Positions 39,735 to 53,203 of a stretch of DNA of 64,000 bases are shown in pieces. The DNA comes from Haliotis cracherodii. Its lineage: Eukaryota. Within the stretch, counting starts at the first letter, position 1. The number at the start of each line of letters is the position of its first letter. The position numbers and the translations under genes are program-made. The stretch covers positions 57,164,001 through 57,228,000 of the forward strand of contig NW_027266286.1 in the NCBI RefSeq assembly GCF_022045235.1, written 5' to 3'. The notes beneath the pieces were generated by a model, which saw only the letters and a list, made by a program, of their open reading frames with translations, was not told the origin of the DNA and did not search any database.

Positions 39735-39776
39735 GTGACCAATCAGCGACTCGGTTTACAATTCGAGGTATAAACG
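39735..39776 (+). promoter_or_regulatory. Candidate promoter (CCAAT + TATA-like) of the Reeler-domain gene
   Basis: GACCAATCAG at ~39737 and TATAAA at ~39769, about 250 bp upstream of the ATG at 40022. Confidence 0.35.
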
Positions 39777-40021
39777 CATCACTCGTGGTTGAGACTGATA
39801 ATGGACCTCCGTTCACATGTGTTTGGTCAGCCAGCTCACTCATGGTATTATTTCATTCACTTATAAACCCTTACCCTGACTGTAGTTACATCAGTATCCA
39901 TGACATTGCCGCCAGAGTGAGGTGCCTTCTTAGCATTTTAGCGAATTGACAAAGTTTCCCTTTAAGGAGAAACTTTTCTTTTAAGAACAGTTATTTTTAA
40001 AGTGTATCTGCCTGCATTGCT

Positions 40022-43000
40022 ATGCGCCAGTCTTTGTTCCTTGAAGCATTGTTCATCATTGGGCTGCTGGCCACCTGGGAAGGTAAGGGTTTCTTAAATA
40101 TTTGACTATTTAGCATGTGGGGTACGTAGTGTGTCTGCTCTGCACCTGATGGTATTATTGTAGATTATTATTTATTCGTCGCGACATCATGCAAGATTGC
40201 ATGTAGTTTTATGGATGGTGTAAGATGTCTGTTGTATGCTTTGCTTTGTATGAACTAAAATAGATGTATAATCATCATTACAAACACGCAGATAGCTTTC
40301 CTATTAGATGGGAACTTTCGCATATATTGCACTCATTATCCATTGTCCATTTAACTGTATCATCGTACTGACACAGGTAGTGGGTTAGGGTCGGATGCGG
40401 TCACGATGGGTCAAATTGTCAGAAACAAATTAGAGGCCTGGCAGATTATGTAGTATGCAGTATAAAACCACAATCTCTAGGACATGACCAACTGCAGCCT
40501 ATATGCGAATGTGACGATCTTACTGGACAAACAATGTTCCAGTGTTTTAACAGAAGCTGGCATATCAACTGAAAGCGACTAGCTCAACAATCAAGCGAAC
40601 GGGCCAGACACCAGGAAGCTTGTGGTGCAATAAATGCATTCGCATATCTAAAACTCAACAACAAGAAACGTGTTCATGAGGTGAAATGGGGTTTAACGAC
40701 ATGTATGCACACGTGTTTGTGATAACTTGTACTGGTCCTGACTTTCATAGTGCTAGCCAAATGAGCTACCATGCCGCAGTTTAACACGGATACTACATTC
40801 AAACACATTATACTCAATCCGATCCTACAATTAGCTTAACAATCTATTGTTTGGGAACTAGACGTTTATGTTATTGAAGGTCTGTTTATACTATGTTCAT
40901 AATCTGTTCAAATGGCCTTTTTTGGTTTTGAAATATTTCTTATAATGAACCACTGAACACCGAACACTGTCTCCACTGTATTATATTATTTAAAACATTG
41001 ATATTTCTCAATTCTTATTACAGAACGAGTATTCATCTAATTTCGTTTTGCTTTGAAACAATTGGTCTTGTAAGATAATGTTCTTTTAATTTTGTTTATA
41101 AGCTTGTATTATGATTTTAATTTTTCTTCGGTGTTTCTCAAACTCGAAAATATTAATAAGAAAATTAAAAGTGTTTTTACAGCAACGAAATAAAATGGCA
41201 ACTCATACGTGATATCTTCCTGTAGGATCTAAGCGAACTGTCCACGAGTGTAAGCTGTATCAATCCAGGTTCCCAAACGTGGTTATCTAGACTCAAGTGG
41301 TATTGCTGTGTTTACTAGTCTTGTTATCACATTTATATCTATCACAGTTATCTAATAATTGATATACATGGCACGGACACAATTTAGCGGTCACATGACG
41401 ATCGTGCACGTGATCAGAAGTTAGCTATAGTTAATGAATTTATCGATACCATTTTTGGCTGAGGATTTTCGTATTGAAAGAGGTGGAAACTTTAAATTTG
41501 TGTTTTATTCAATAAACGTGGAGCAAAGTTTTCGTCATATTGTCGCTCTAAATATACATTGAACAGTCATCGGGTTAGTTTAGTTTTATTAATAAAAAAC
41601 CTGGTAGGAAGGTTGCCCATTGTGGGAGTATATACACGTGACATAAAGTGTGTTATTACTGCTTAATTGATTCGTGATATTCAATCTTTAGTGCGAGCAA
41701 TATTCAGTTACATTAAGTTTACGCAGGTTATTCTTTCTTACGTCCAATTTAGATGCCGTGATGTTTAAGAATATCCAGATGAAAGTGTTGAAATACCTCA
41801 GAATTCATGAAACAGTTTTGATCGTTACATCCTGTCGATGTTTGATATCGCATCACAACAGTCCTTTTATTCACTTCACTTGTCTTTATATCCCACGTGT
41901 GTAAATGCCTCATTACATTGCAGCGTACGCCCTTGACTGCCCGGGGGGCGTGATACCGACAGGTCTGACCTTGGGTGTTAATGACGTCAGTGATGGACAT
42001 GCCCTGTTCTGGTTGAACGTTGGCCGAGCCCGTTTCGGATACAAGCCAAACCATTACTACAAATGTAAGCTAAGCATTCACACCCACAAGTATACATTAT
42101 ACATGTTGAAAGAATAGCGTGCAGCATACACACCCACAAGTATACATTATATATGTTGAAAGAGTGCAATGTGGTATACAAACGCACAAGTATACATTCT
42201 ATAAACTTCCAAAGAAGGATTCGCGTTGGAATTTCGGTACAGAACTAATGTCAATTGTTGTAAATCGAATTCCAATGTGTATCAGAAGGTCAAAATGGTT
42301 GCACAGTATGAGTGTCCTTGTATATGGTTTTGAGGTTTAACGTCCTGAAATGTTACTCACACTGTCCACTACCCGCCTTCTGTAATGGCTGTCTAATGGA
42401 AGCCTTATCAAGGCATAACAAGAACATGTTTTTTTGCCTCCTGAAGTGAACATTCCGTGACATAACTACCGACATGGACCTACCATAGCTCGTTTTGTGT
42501 CAAATTCGAATGACGTGACTCTCCCCATAGCCGTCCGTCATGTTACGCTCATCTGAGAGAAATCTTGTGCAAAACTACTGATAAAAGCAATGGCATAGCG
42601 AAGTTATGGTTCGTATTTATCATAATATAACTTTGATATGCTACACTAAATTTTTAGAGATTCAAACATACAGCTATGTATAGCTTTTCTTTTTGATTCA
42701 GTGGGCATCACGACTCTGGACACCGACTTTCCATTCAGCGAGGCCGTCTTGACCCTCCAGGAGGAGGACCCTTCACGTGGGTGTGGAACTGGTCACTTTA
42801 AGTTCGATACCCCCCACCTGTACCAATTCAAAGACTGCCAAGAAGTTCTGCTCACGAACAAGAAAAAACCTATGACTGAACTACCTCCCGTTATGTGGCG
42901 GGCGCCGGAATGTGGCTGTGTTCTTATAAAGTAAGATAATAACTGCATTCTCTTAAGAATATCATCATATGTAATCGCATTAGTTCAAAGGAGAAGATTT

Positions 43001-46000
43001 TGTGAATGTCAATTTCTTCATTGTGCGGATAAAAATTTCCCGGTTACATTTTTGCGCGTCAAAGGCACCGCAATTCGCTTTTGCAGAATTGCGTCCCTTG
43101 GGCACGATAGAAACCTATGACTGTGGGTTCGAATCCCTGTTCGCTCCGATTATGTTTCTTGGTTTGTCAGCATACCCGTGCTCGTGGATTTTACCAAAGT
43201 TGTAAAGGTCTGCGACCTGCATCACTTCGGGCTTTCCTCAAAACATTAAGCTGACATGCTCACTCTCGCACGTTAGTGTGGATAGACACACTCTCTGAGT
43301 ATGTTCACCTTTTTGCGCGATTGGTAAATGAGTTAGGGAATTCTCTGAGACATTGCTTGTCTATATACGATAAACATGATGACACCCATAAAACATGGTT
43401 CTTTTATATGTATTTCAAAGTCCAATTTAAGTAACAATTCACGTCATTTTTTTGTCAAATATTCACTTGACACTGATCAGGTGGTTTGTACTCGCAATGT
43501 ACCCACTCAGTTTTCAATCAATTTCAATCGATGATAACAAAACACACATACTTCTGAATCCAAGCCTGCATGTTCTTTCAGTAAAATAATCAAAATATAA
43601 ACGACTAAAAATGAACATGAAAATAACTTTGTTTAATAAGTGTCCGAATGCGAAAGTGAACGTACTTTCAGGTTGTTTAGTTTATGTTAATAAGTGAAAC
43701 AAGTTTTTTAAGGGGTGGACTTTCAAGAACCAAGAAGATTTTTAAGATGTTTCATATTTTGTTTTTAGTGCTACAGTTATAAGCAATGGAACGACATACT
43801 ATATGGATCAGACACCTTCTGGCTTCCTCTCAAAGCGACTTTGCCCAAGACAGAATCTACATGGTAGGTCATCGACCTTAACAACATGACTATATAACTC
43901 CTATACTTCAGCATGGACGTACATGTCTTAGAACCATGACTGATTATTGCAAATTGGCGAAGTATGCAGTGAGGTTAGTGTAACTTCTATATGTCCTTGT
44001 AGTCCGTTTTAGCCGTTTTCAGCACTCATAAAAATGCCATCTTGACACCATATTGGAGTATAACGGGTTTCGCATTATGAGAATCAAGTTAACCTTGTTC
44101 CTCCTCAAGTACAGATAGGGTTATTTAAAACTTATTTAATTTGTCGATGGTTATGATACTGTCCATTATGAAGCAAATGATTTGTGTTTGTGCTTCAGTG
44201 TTCAGAACCAAATATACACGGTCAGTTAAGACAGAGCAACCCACCACGACCACAACTACAGCCAGTACAACACAGAAACCGCCACAGAAGAAAAAGGTGA
44301 GTTTACTTCTTTGTCAGAGGAGCCTTGCTAATGCATAGGAGCCTTACACAAAGCCACCATTGCACTACGATAAGGGGAGCTTCTTTACCCATAGGGGCCG
44401 TGGGGCAGCCTAGTGGTTAAAGTGTTCGTTCGTGATGCTGAAGACCCGGGTTCGATTCCCCACATGAGTACAATGTTTGAAGCACATTTCTACTGTCCCC
44501 CGCTGTGATATTGCTGGCATACTGCAAAAAGCTCCGAAAACCATAAACCATCGGTGTAACGATCTGTTGCCTCAACTAGTAGGCTATACTCGGTGTAACG
44601 ATCTGATGCTTCAACAAGTAGGCTATACACATTGTAACGATCTGTTGCTTCAACTAGTAGGCTATACTCGGTGTAACGATCTGTTTCTTTAACTAGTTGG
44701 CTATACTCGGTGTAACGATCTGTTTCTTCAACTAGTTGGCTATACTCTGTGTAACGATCTGATGCTTCAACGAGTAGGCGGCTATACTCGGTGTAACGAT
44801 CTGATGCTTCAACTAGTAGGCTATACTCGATGTAACGATCTGTTTCTTCAACTAGTTGGCTATACTCGGAGTAACGATCTGATGCTTCAACTAGTAGGCT
44901 ATACTCGGTGTAACGATCTGATGCTTCAACTAGTAGGCTATACTCGGTGTAACGATCTGTTTCTTCAACTAGTTGGCTATACTCGGTGTAACGATCTGAT
45001 GCTTCAACGAGTAGGCGGCTATACTCGGTGTAACGATCTGATGCTTCAACTAGTAGACTATCCAGTACATGTCCGTGATCTTGAGGAATATTTCCATCAT
45101 TGCCATATTATTGACTTGTTTATGCACATGTGGTTTTGTCACACAATTATATTAAATATACGAATTTGTCCAACTGCGAATGGCTGAGATGAATGTCTCT
45201 TAATTCTTTGGACACACTTATGGATGTACGTTCGGCGGACTACCTTGCATTCCATTTCTCTCAAATAAAATATTTCTGTTGTGTCGGTATATTTCATCAG
45301 TACATTTCATCACCTGAGGATTACGACATGTAGTAATTATCTTAAATATCCAGAGAGAAAACAACCATGCAAAAAATGTCATTATTCTTTACAGTTAAGT
45401 CGTCCAGAGAGGATGGATTTATTGTGTCAGATCTCGCTCCATTTCAACGGCGCTGAGTTGTTGGCCAGGGAGGTTTTCCTTAGGAGAAGGCAGATAACGA
45501 GACTCAACCTAACTAGCCTAATGCGGACTGAACTGGCTCTTGACCAGCGCAAACTGGATATCCATGAATGTTGCAAGATCGTGGTAAGAAGATTGACGAT
45601 CAAACGAAAACAGCGATTTCACAATAGATTGAGACCGGGACAATATTGTAAATTTGATCAGAGAAAAATCCTAGATAAGACAAATATTCCATTTATGCAA
45701 TAACAGACATATATTTCGCATATTCGAATAATGTCAACGTGACATGCTGCTATGCAAGTCAGCCATCATCAGACCAAACACGGACAAAAGTCTTGAACAC
45801 CGCATTGTCTCAGTTCAACATCTATCAATGTTTTTTTCTTTCAGAGCACGACCAAGAAGACGCGGTGCTTTGACGACATGCGACGTCGTCGTATCGACCG
45901 GTACTGTAGAACGGGACACCCAGACGTCCCCTTTACCGCCAGACGGGATGTTTTCATGAGGGAAAAAGAGGAGAGATGTTGCTGGAGACTTGGTATGTTG

Positions 46001-49000
46001 CGGATGAAGTTCTTTAATAGCCTCTGGTCCCACGTAGGAAAATATCGGATTTTGATATTAGTACAATGTCTTTTCAATGATATTTGTGTGGGTTAGACAC
46101 AACTATATTATCAGTGACTTCATAAACCCAATACTCTGGTTTAAAGATTTAATGTGTTGACGAAATGTCGAAACAGTAACTTGTTCGCAAAGATAATTCC
46201 GAGACCCCTAAATCCTGGTGTGTCCTTTCGCTTATAAATTTATACGACCCATGAAGGGTCCGGGTTAGAATAGGCCTCAGCAATCCATGCTTGTCGTAAA
46301 AGGCGACTATGCTTGTCGTAAGAGGCGGCTAACGGTTTCGGGTGGTCAGGCTCGCTGACTTGGTGAATGCATGTCATCGTATCCCATTGCGTGGATCGAT
46401 GCTCATGATGTCAATCACTGGATTGTCTGGTTCAGACTCGATAACTTACAGACCGTCGTCATATAGCAATAATATTGCTGAGTCCAATATCCATACTGTA
46501 CATGAAAATACTCACTATCGTATTCACGTCCACAGGCGAACCACGTTATCAGTGCTTTGCCCACAATTCGATTTTCAAGACGGTGAGGGGAAAAAACTCC
46601 GTGGATTATTCTTTTGACGAGATGGATCCCGTCAACGACATCGGGGACTATCCTTCAGAAATACGAGAAGTAGAAATGGTAATTATACATACCTCATGAA
46701 CGATTTTGTATCGTGAGGCTGTCGGTGTTTATTTTGATTAATGTATTGAGACAATACATCTAGAGATCGTGCAGCAAGACGGTAAAAGGCAGTCGGTGTA
46801 AGGAGTAAAGGAAATTTACACAGAGATTACATTTCTAAAATCTATTCAGTGTACATGCACGTAACAAATTATCTCATTTAAGTTTATTATGTTCTGGCGT
46901 TTATCTGAAATTAAATAATCTTGACAAACATAATATCTCGATGGAATTTCATTTATTAGCCTGAGAACATCCTCATGAATATATATTCTTCGCACAGCAA
47001 CACAACACTGACTACTTTGTTGATGATGCTACACAAGACGTTGTAATTAGAGGGCGTGAAACTGTCACCTACACCATGTCTACTGGACCGTCATCGTCTA
47101 CGACAATGGCTACAACAACATCTGAGGCACGTGACAAAGGTACTTCAAAGACACACACCACCAGGAAGTCTGACCAGGCGGAGTCATCCACATACAGCAG
47201 CGTTTTGAGCGACGTTCCACGTCGGCAAGCTATCGACGTTAAAACGCCGGTTGCTGCGATATCTGCGGTGGACGCGGAGCTAGATGGTAATTAATGTGAT
47301 ATATGTCTTTGACCCACATTAGAAACGTAATGGTGTTTTCTTTGTCGAAACTCACCTTCCAGGTACATTTATAATGCACCAGATTCCATTCACCAAATGT
47401 GTGAGGGAGTGAGTTTGGTTTTACGCCACTTTTAGCAATATTCCAGCAATATCAAGGCTGGGGATACCAGATATGGGCTTCAAGCATTGTACCCATGTCG
47501 GGAATCGAACCCGGGTGTTCGGCGTAACGAGCTGACGCTTTAACCACTAGGCTACCAAGTGAATGTTCATGTCGCTATTACCCCGGTCAATTGATCATTC
47601 TTCCATGATATTGAAAAATGCTTGATTTTATATTGGTTAAAAAGAGGTATCCTTTTACCTCCTGATGCCTCGTTTAAATGAAGCCTTTTCATACAAAAAA
47701 TGCATATGAAAACATCGATCTTTCGACAGCCTACGCATCGATGCATACAACAGTGGAAGTCAAAACCTTAAGATTATTGTATACGTTCGATATAAGAACG
47801 ACAGCTTATCAAATATGATAATATCTATATTAGAACACATCCAGTTAAGTAACACACACACTTACTCAGGGCCACATAATCATCGATCGCAAATGTGAGC
47901 AGTCTCTCTCATATCGTCGTCTGCAGCCAACAGTTAACGGCAGTGATCGCCATACTTCAGGGTGTTTTCTGTTGGCAATGGGTGTGACAGTAGGCACGTT
48001 TTACAACAATACTTCCCCGGGTTGAAATGTTGAACATAAATGAAGACCGAGCTTGTCCTCTTGGTTCATACAGTTTGTAAATAACACTGTCGTCGTGAAC
48101 AACTATTTTAGCAGCAATGGACAATGACGAGTAACCTAGTTTAGCCAGGATGAAGTTCTGGGTAGAGATATGTAGTCATTCGTAATATGTATTACTTTTG
48201 GGAAGATATGTCAAACAAACTATTACATAAGTACAACTTCAATATAAATCTACTCTTGTTATTTGTTGGAGGCATAAATTTGTTCAGCATTTATTTCTCT
48301 TTACTTGACTTATTTGAGTCCAAGGAGTGCAAATAGGACATGTTGCAATGAAATTAAAATTTTGAAGCGTTATTTGACAACTTCTATTTGAAACAAATAT
48401 GTGTTCCGAACTGCATTTTTGAACTAGTCAATACTATGAGTATTTTAATCTTGAACTTCTGTAATATTTATTGCATTTAGAAGTACGTGTGACCTCATTT
48501 TGGAATGTTCTAATATAGCAGACCTACGCGTTCCAAGACAACACCGTTTTCGAAGCGATCTTGCGCATCATGGTGCGCACTCGATTTTCTTGTGATAAAG
48601 CTAAGACAGGCCTAAAAGTATAAAATAACTTGCCCGATAGTGTCATTTCTCTCAATGTCTATGACGTAGTGTAGGGAATGAGACAGATTTACTTTCAGGA
48701 ACTCAACATTACAGTTCAATATTGAATTTTGGTGATGTTTATGATTATGTTCATAATTTCAGCCTTAAGAAAACGGAAGCGGAAGCTGGATCTGAAGCTC
48801 ACCTGTTGTAGACATGGAAAAGATGCTGGCGAAGTCTTCGAAGTTGAGACAGGACTTTATAACCACTGCCGTCATCAGTGGAAGATATACCGGAGGAGCC
48901 TGAAGACTGGGAAGAACATGTGTATGAACAAGTTCATGGAATGTTGTGTCGACGAGGCTGGCATGTAAGTATTTTAACGAACTTCAATTGCGTTTAAAAT

Positions 49001-51864
49001 TTGGATTATGATTAAAATACAAACCTAAAGACCTAAAGTAAAAAAGAGGATGAACAACATGAACGGATTTTTTTTTATTGCGTGACTACAAATTTACGGA
49101 AAATAGAAAGGTAAAATAGTGGACTTTTGATAACGTTAGTTCAAAAGAATGTACGAAGAATCTCGAAATTAATCAAGAGTAGAAAGTAACCCCAAAAGCC
49201 ACTATTAGAATATATTTTTTTGATTAACTTCGATATAATCGAAGGTATTATGTTGTTCTGAACTGAAATAGCTGAATCACAATACTCTCTTATTTCAGAC
49301 GCAAAAACCATGATGTCACAATTTCTAAAACATTCTATTTTGATATTCGCATTCCTTCAAACCATGTTACCCATTCAACCAATATTAGACACTCGAGAAA
49401 TATTGAAAGTAAATTGTTCCATACCATGCAGGATCTAATTCAGCAAGTGAAAAAATACAAAATGAAAGAAATGCCGCACCTAAACAATAACGTATTAACA
49501 ATTTCACCCATTTTAATTTCTACCAATATTTCCAAAATGCCCGCAAAACAGAAACCCCCAGATCGACAGAAAAACATTGTAAGAGATAATGTCTCCGATA
49601 TTGACGTAGATGTATATAAAACTATTGAAACCAACATGATCCCAACCTTTAATCATGAAACCAAGGTCAGTCCCTCATTCACTCGTTACACCATGGTCAC
49701 ACCCGACAGCACACCCGACAGCACACCCGACAGGATTATCATTCAACCAATGGTCACTGATAACCAGAGTAACCAAGAAATGCAACACATTCTAGGTATG
49801 AAAACAGTCGTAAATTTGCTTGCGAGTATATTCATCATTGTTAGTTTATTTTTATCATTGCTTAAATATAGATCGCCTAAACCTTCATACCTAATACCTA
49901 AATAGTTATTTTGTACATGCCAAAGTCACTTTTATGTTTGTCCTATGAAGAAACTAAATTGGAATTGGTCTTCGACAAAAGCTGTTGAAATTTTGGTGCC
50001 ACATTTAAGTGTGGACATCCGGGAAACTCTCAGATTCTATCTAGCTCTCCTCGAATGCTCGTACCCGGGGAGATGCCCTCACATTCAGATGATGGTTTGT
50101 CTGTTCTGGATTCGATCTAGTTTTTTTATTCAGAAACTCTGCCCTGTTTTCCTATACTTACTCTGCGGTATATTAACATGGTAACGAATACATATTTTGA
50201 TAATGCTATGAGATTTGATGTCAGCACATTTACTCCCTTCATAACGATGGCGAATGGATTTTGAAATATATCATGTATATACCTTCCCATAATAGAATCT
50301 AACAACAAAAGGCTCATTGAAGGATATATTGTCATATATTGATATTACCCTTTTCGTTCTATCTCTAACTGCGGGGATGGTGTAGCCTAGTGGGTAAAGC
50401 GTTCAGTTCGATAACTCACATGGGAACAACGTGTGAAGCCCATTTCTGGTGTCCCCTGTCGTGATATTGCTGGAATATTGCTAAAGAGGCGTAAAACCTT
50501 ACTCTCTCACTATCTCTAACTAACATTTGCTTATACTAACATATTTTGCATGCGGCATCTACTGGGATTAAATATGGAAATTACACATTCTTTGTGTAAT
50601 TCAACTTTCTATCAGTATTTATAAAATAAATAACAGTTGATTTACAGGAGAGAATAAAATCTCAGTTAGGAAATTCTCATTGAGTATTGCTAACGCAAAT
50701 GAGAAAGACTGACACAAGTCAAGTTACACAAGTAAAGAACGATATGTTGACGCTCCATTTCAATACATATATATTGTCATTTTTGTATCTGCTATCACCA
50801 ACTACCATCTGTAACCTACTATGCTTCTATGAATATATTATTATGCGTTAGACTTTGAGATGAACAGTTACTTCAATAGTTACAAATCCAAATAATTTAA
50901 CATTTAACATTTTAATGAAAACAGTTATAATGTACTATTATAAGGCTATCAATTTTATTAAATGACATAAATAACACTGACACTGAACAGTTAACAGGAA
51001 CAAGGAAATAATTCTAATAATCTTTGCAGACAGTGAAATTCTAAGGCTGAATAAATATTTGATTTCATCAAGTATAACAATAATATTTCTTGTAAGACTC
51101 TTTATCAGGTGTGTTCCACGTTACGATTTCCCAAAAGTTCAAGATTTAATATAGTACGGTTCAATTACAGATCCTCAACACAAGCAGCCCCGACGCACAT
51201 TTCGTATCGCGGCCATCCGATTGCGCAGGTTGCGCAAGCGACACCGACGAGATTACTACTGAGCCTAGGAACAGAGGCGGGTAAATCCACACCGCCAGGT
51301 CAAGATCCTCCCTTGAGAGAGAAATCGAAAGGACCCAACCAACCAACTGGATCCACCCCTACCACATACAGAAAATCGACTTCCAACCCAAAAGCAACAT
51401 CCATCCTTCCATCCATCAAATCATATTCAACACGTGCTCCGGAACTGACGTCACCTTCATCATCTTTCATACCGGAAGCTGTTACCCGAAAGGTTAAGGT
51501 AGTGAGGGTTGAAGAACTTGATGAAAGCAATGGCGATGATGTTGAATCTGAGGACGCTGACCAAGACGACGATGGCACAAAGAAAGAGAACAAAGACGAA
51601 GACGATAAAGAAAAAGAAAGTGACAGACGTGAATCAGAAAAGGATCTGACTTTAAATGTTTCAAAGAATCTCAAAAGAAGGCGTGGATTGCGGAGATCAC
51701 GTAAACAGACACCTATGTTACGGTCGCTAGAAAAACAGATAAGTGGATCCAGGCGTAACGTTAGAAAATCAAACACTGATTTTAACTCCAAGTCAAGGAA
51801 AAGCATGAAACAGAGGCGAAGACACAGGAGAAAGCGACCACATCGTTCTCACTTCAAGAAATAA
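40022..51864 (+). CDS. Secreted mosaic protein: signal peptide - Reeler (F-spondin-like) - Thr linker - albumin/ECM1-like CC..C module - S/T stalk - anaphylatoxin-like module - C-terminal tail
   Basis: Exons 40022-40082, 41924-42064, 42702-42930, 43769-43863, 44199-44296, 45395-45583, 45845-45992, 46536-46678, 46998-47286, 48763-48964, then 49299-49905 and/or 51171-51864. All GT-AG and phase-consistent. Reeler motifs YKPNHYYK..WRAPECGCVLI.ATVI..LSKRLC. ANATO-like CCRHG..C..CMNKFMECC. Confidence 0.85.
42077..42203. repeat. Short intronic tandem repeat, 3 degenerate units
   Basis: CACACCCACAAGTATACATTATA repeated. Confidence 0.7.
44394..44545 (+). mobile_element. SINE family A
   Basis: GCAGCCTAGTGGTTAAAG..GGGTTCGATTCCC head and diverged tail. 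Confidence 0.8.
44551..45061. repeat. 39-bp minisatellite (~13 copies), intronic
   Basis: Unit GGCTATACTCGGTGTAACGATCTGATGCTTCAACTAGTA. A +3-bp variant recurs 237 bp apart. Confidence 0.93.
46247..46482 (+). mobile_element. SINE-like family C
   Basis: ACCCATGAAGGGTCCGGGTTAGAATAGGCCTC head and doubled TGCTTGTCGTAA.AGGCG motif. Confidence 0.85.
47401..47556 (-). mobile_element. SINE family A
   Basis: Reverse complement of the family A consensus. Confidence 0.82.
50372..50510 (+). mobile_element. SINE family A with internal deletion
   Basis: Head and tail present; TSD CTATCTCTAACT. Confidence 0.82.
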
Positions 51865-52643
51865 GAATATATTCATCCATAGTTTTTCATATTCAAGATC
51901 GTGTTTCCGAGAGACCATGGACGGTCGAATCCATACAAACAAACGGAGATTCATTATTATTCTTATAGAATAACTTATTCGTGGAACACCATATAGAATC
52001 ATGGATCCGCCTCATCGTGTTATTTCATACTTGATGTACGTTGTGTTCTTGAAATCTTTAATTTAGTCAACACGGGCAGAGGGTAGCATAGTGGGTAAAT
52101 TGTGAAGCGTCATTTACTCTCTTGCCCCTCCATCGATTTATGTCATGATAGTTCAAGAGATTTCAATAGACACACTTACTGATGAGTACTCATCGTGATC
52201 TCCATGCACCCATCAAGAAATGAACGATCTCCTCATTGACATTGTGAAGAAGGCCATCTGGTTCCACACTGCTGTTTCAGTGCTTGGGCCTTCTAGTATG
52301 CATGACCCCTTGTGAAATTGAAGTGAAGTGAATGTTTTTCAATGTATGAACGAGTCTTGTGTGTGTGTATATATATTTTTGATAAAGTACAGTTTGTTAT
52401 TTATTTTTTCAATAAAATTGTTTGAGCATCCTTTGTTTGAGGCACATTGATATACTATTCCGGTTTGCTCTCTGCGAAGGCAGAAAACGTCATCACCGTG
52501 TGACAATAGATGTGATGTATTATTGAAATATTTCAACATATGAAACAATATTTACAGACTAACACGTAAATAAACATCTTGCACAACTGAATTTTCACAG
52601 ATTACATCTCTTTTCAAAATAACATTTGGATCAATTAACCTAG

Positions 52644-52792
52644 CGCCTATAACGAACTGACGGATATAACGAACTTATTTTTTGGTCCCGGCTATTTGCT
52701 GTTTATGTGCTGTATATATGCTTATAACGAACTGCGGTTACAACAAACTGAATTAGTGGTCCCTTTGACTTCGTTATAACCGTAGTTTACTG
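52644..52792. mobile_element. Truncated copy of the 13680-13855 MITE
   Basis: TATAACGAACTGACGGATAT...AACCGTAGTTTACTGTA. Confidence 0.75.
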
Positions 52793-53203
52793 TATTTGAT
52801 TGTAAATAATTGAGTCCGGGTAAGACAGTCCCTTGAGAATCGATCCATGAAAATGAAATACGGACACATAAAAGCAAAGCAAAGTTTTTTTTCTCACAGG
52901 ACAGCTGTGCCCGTAAACAAAAACATGTCTTTGTCGAAAAGATGAATGTCGAAAGATGTCATTAATATTTAATTAATGACTGATTATTTAGGTTCGTGAC
53001 GCTGAAATCAATCACACAGTCAACAGCCCTTATTGATTCTTATACGTATGTGACAATGGATGTCTTGCTGGCTTCAGGCAGTTTGGACCCCATGAGACTT
53101 TACGTGGACAAGTTAAAGTCCAATGCCGTCAAGAAGAAGCTTGCGGTCTGCAATGACGCATTTGTTTCGTTGGGCACGTTTGTTCAGAGACGTTCTTTCA
53201 AAA

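Noticed and set aside
44477-45187. 13-aa repeat ORFs (GYTRCNDLMLQLV)
   Set aside because: Intronic minisatellite. The flanking exons splice in phase without it.
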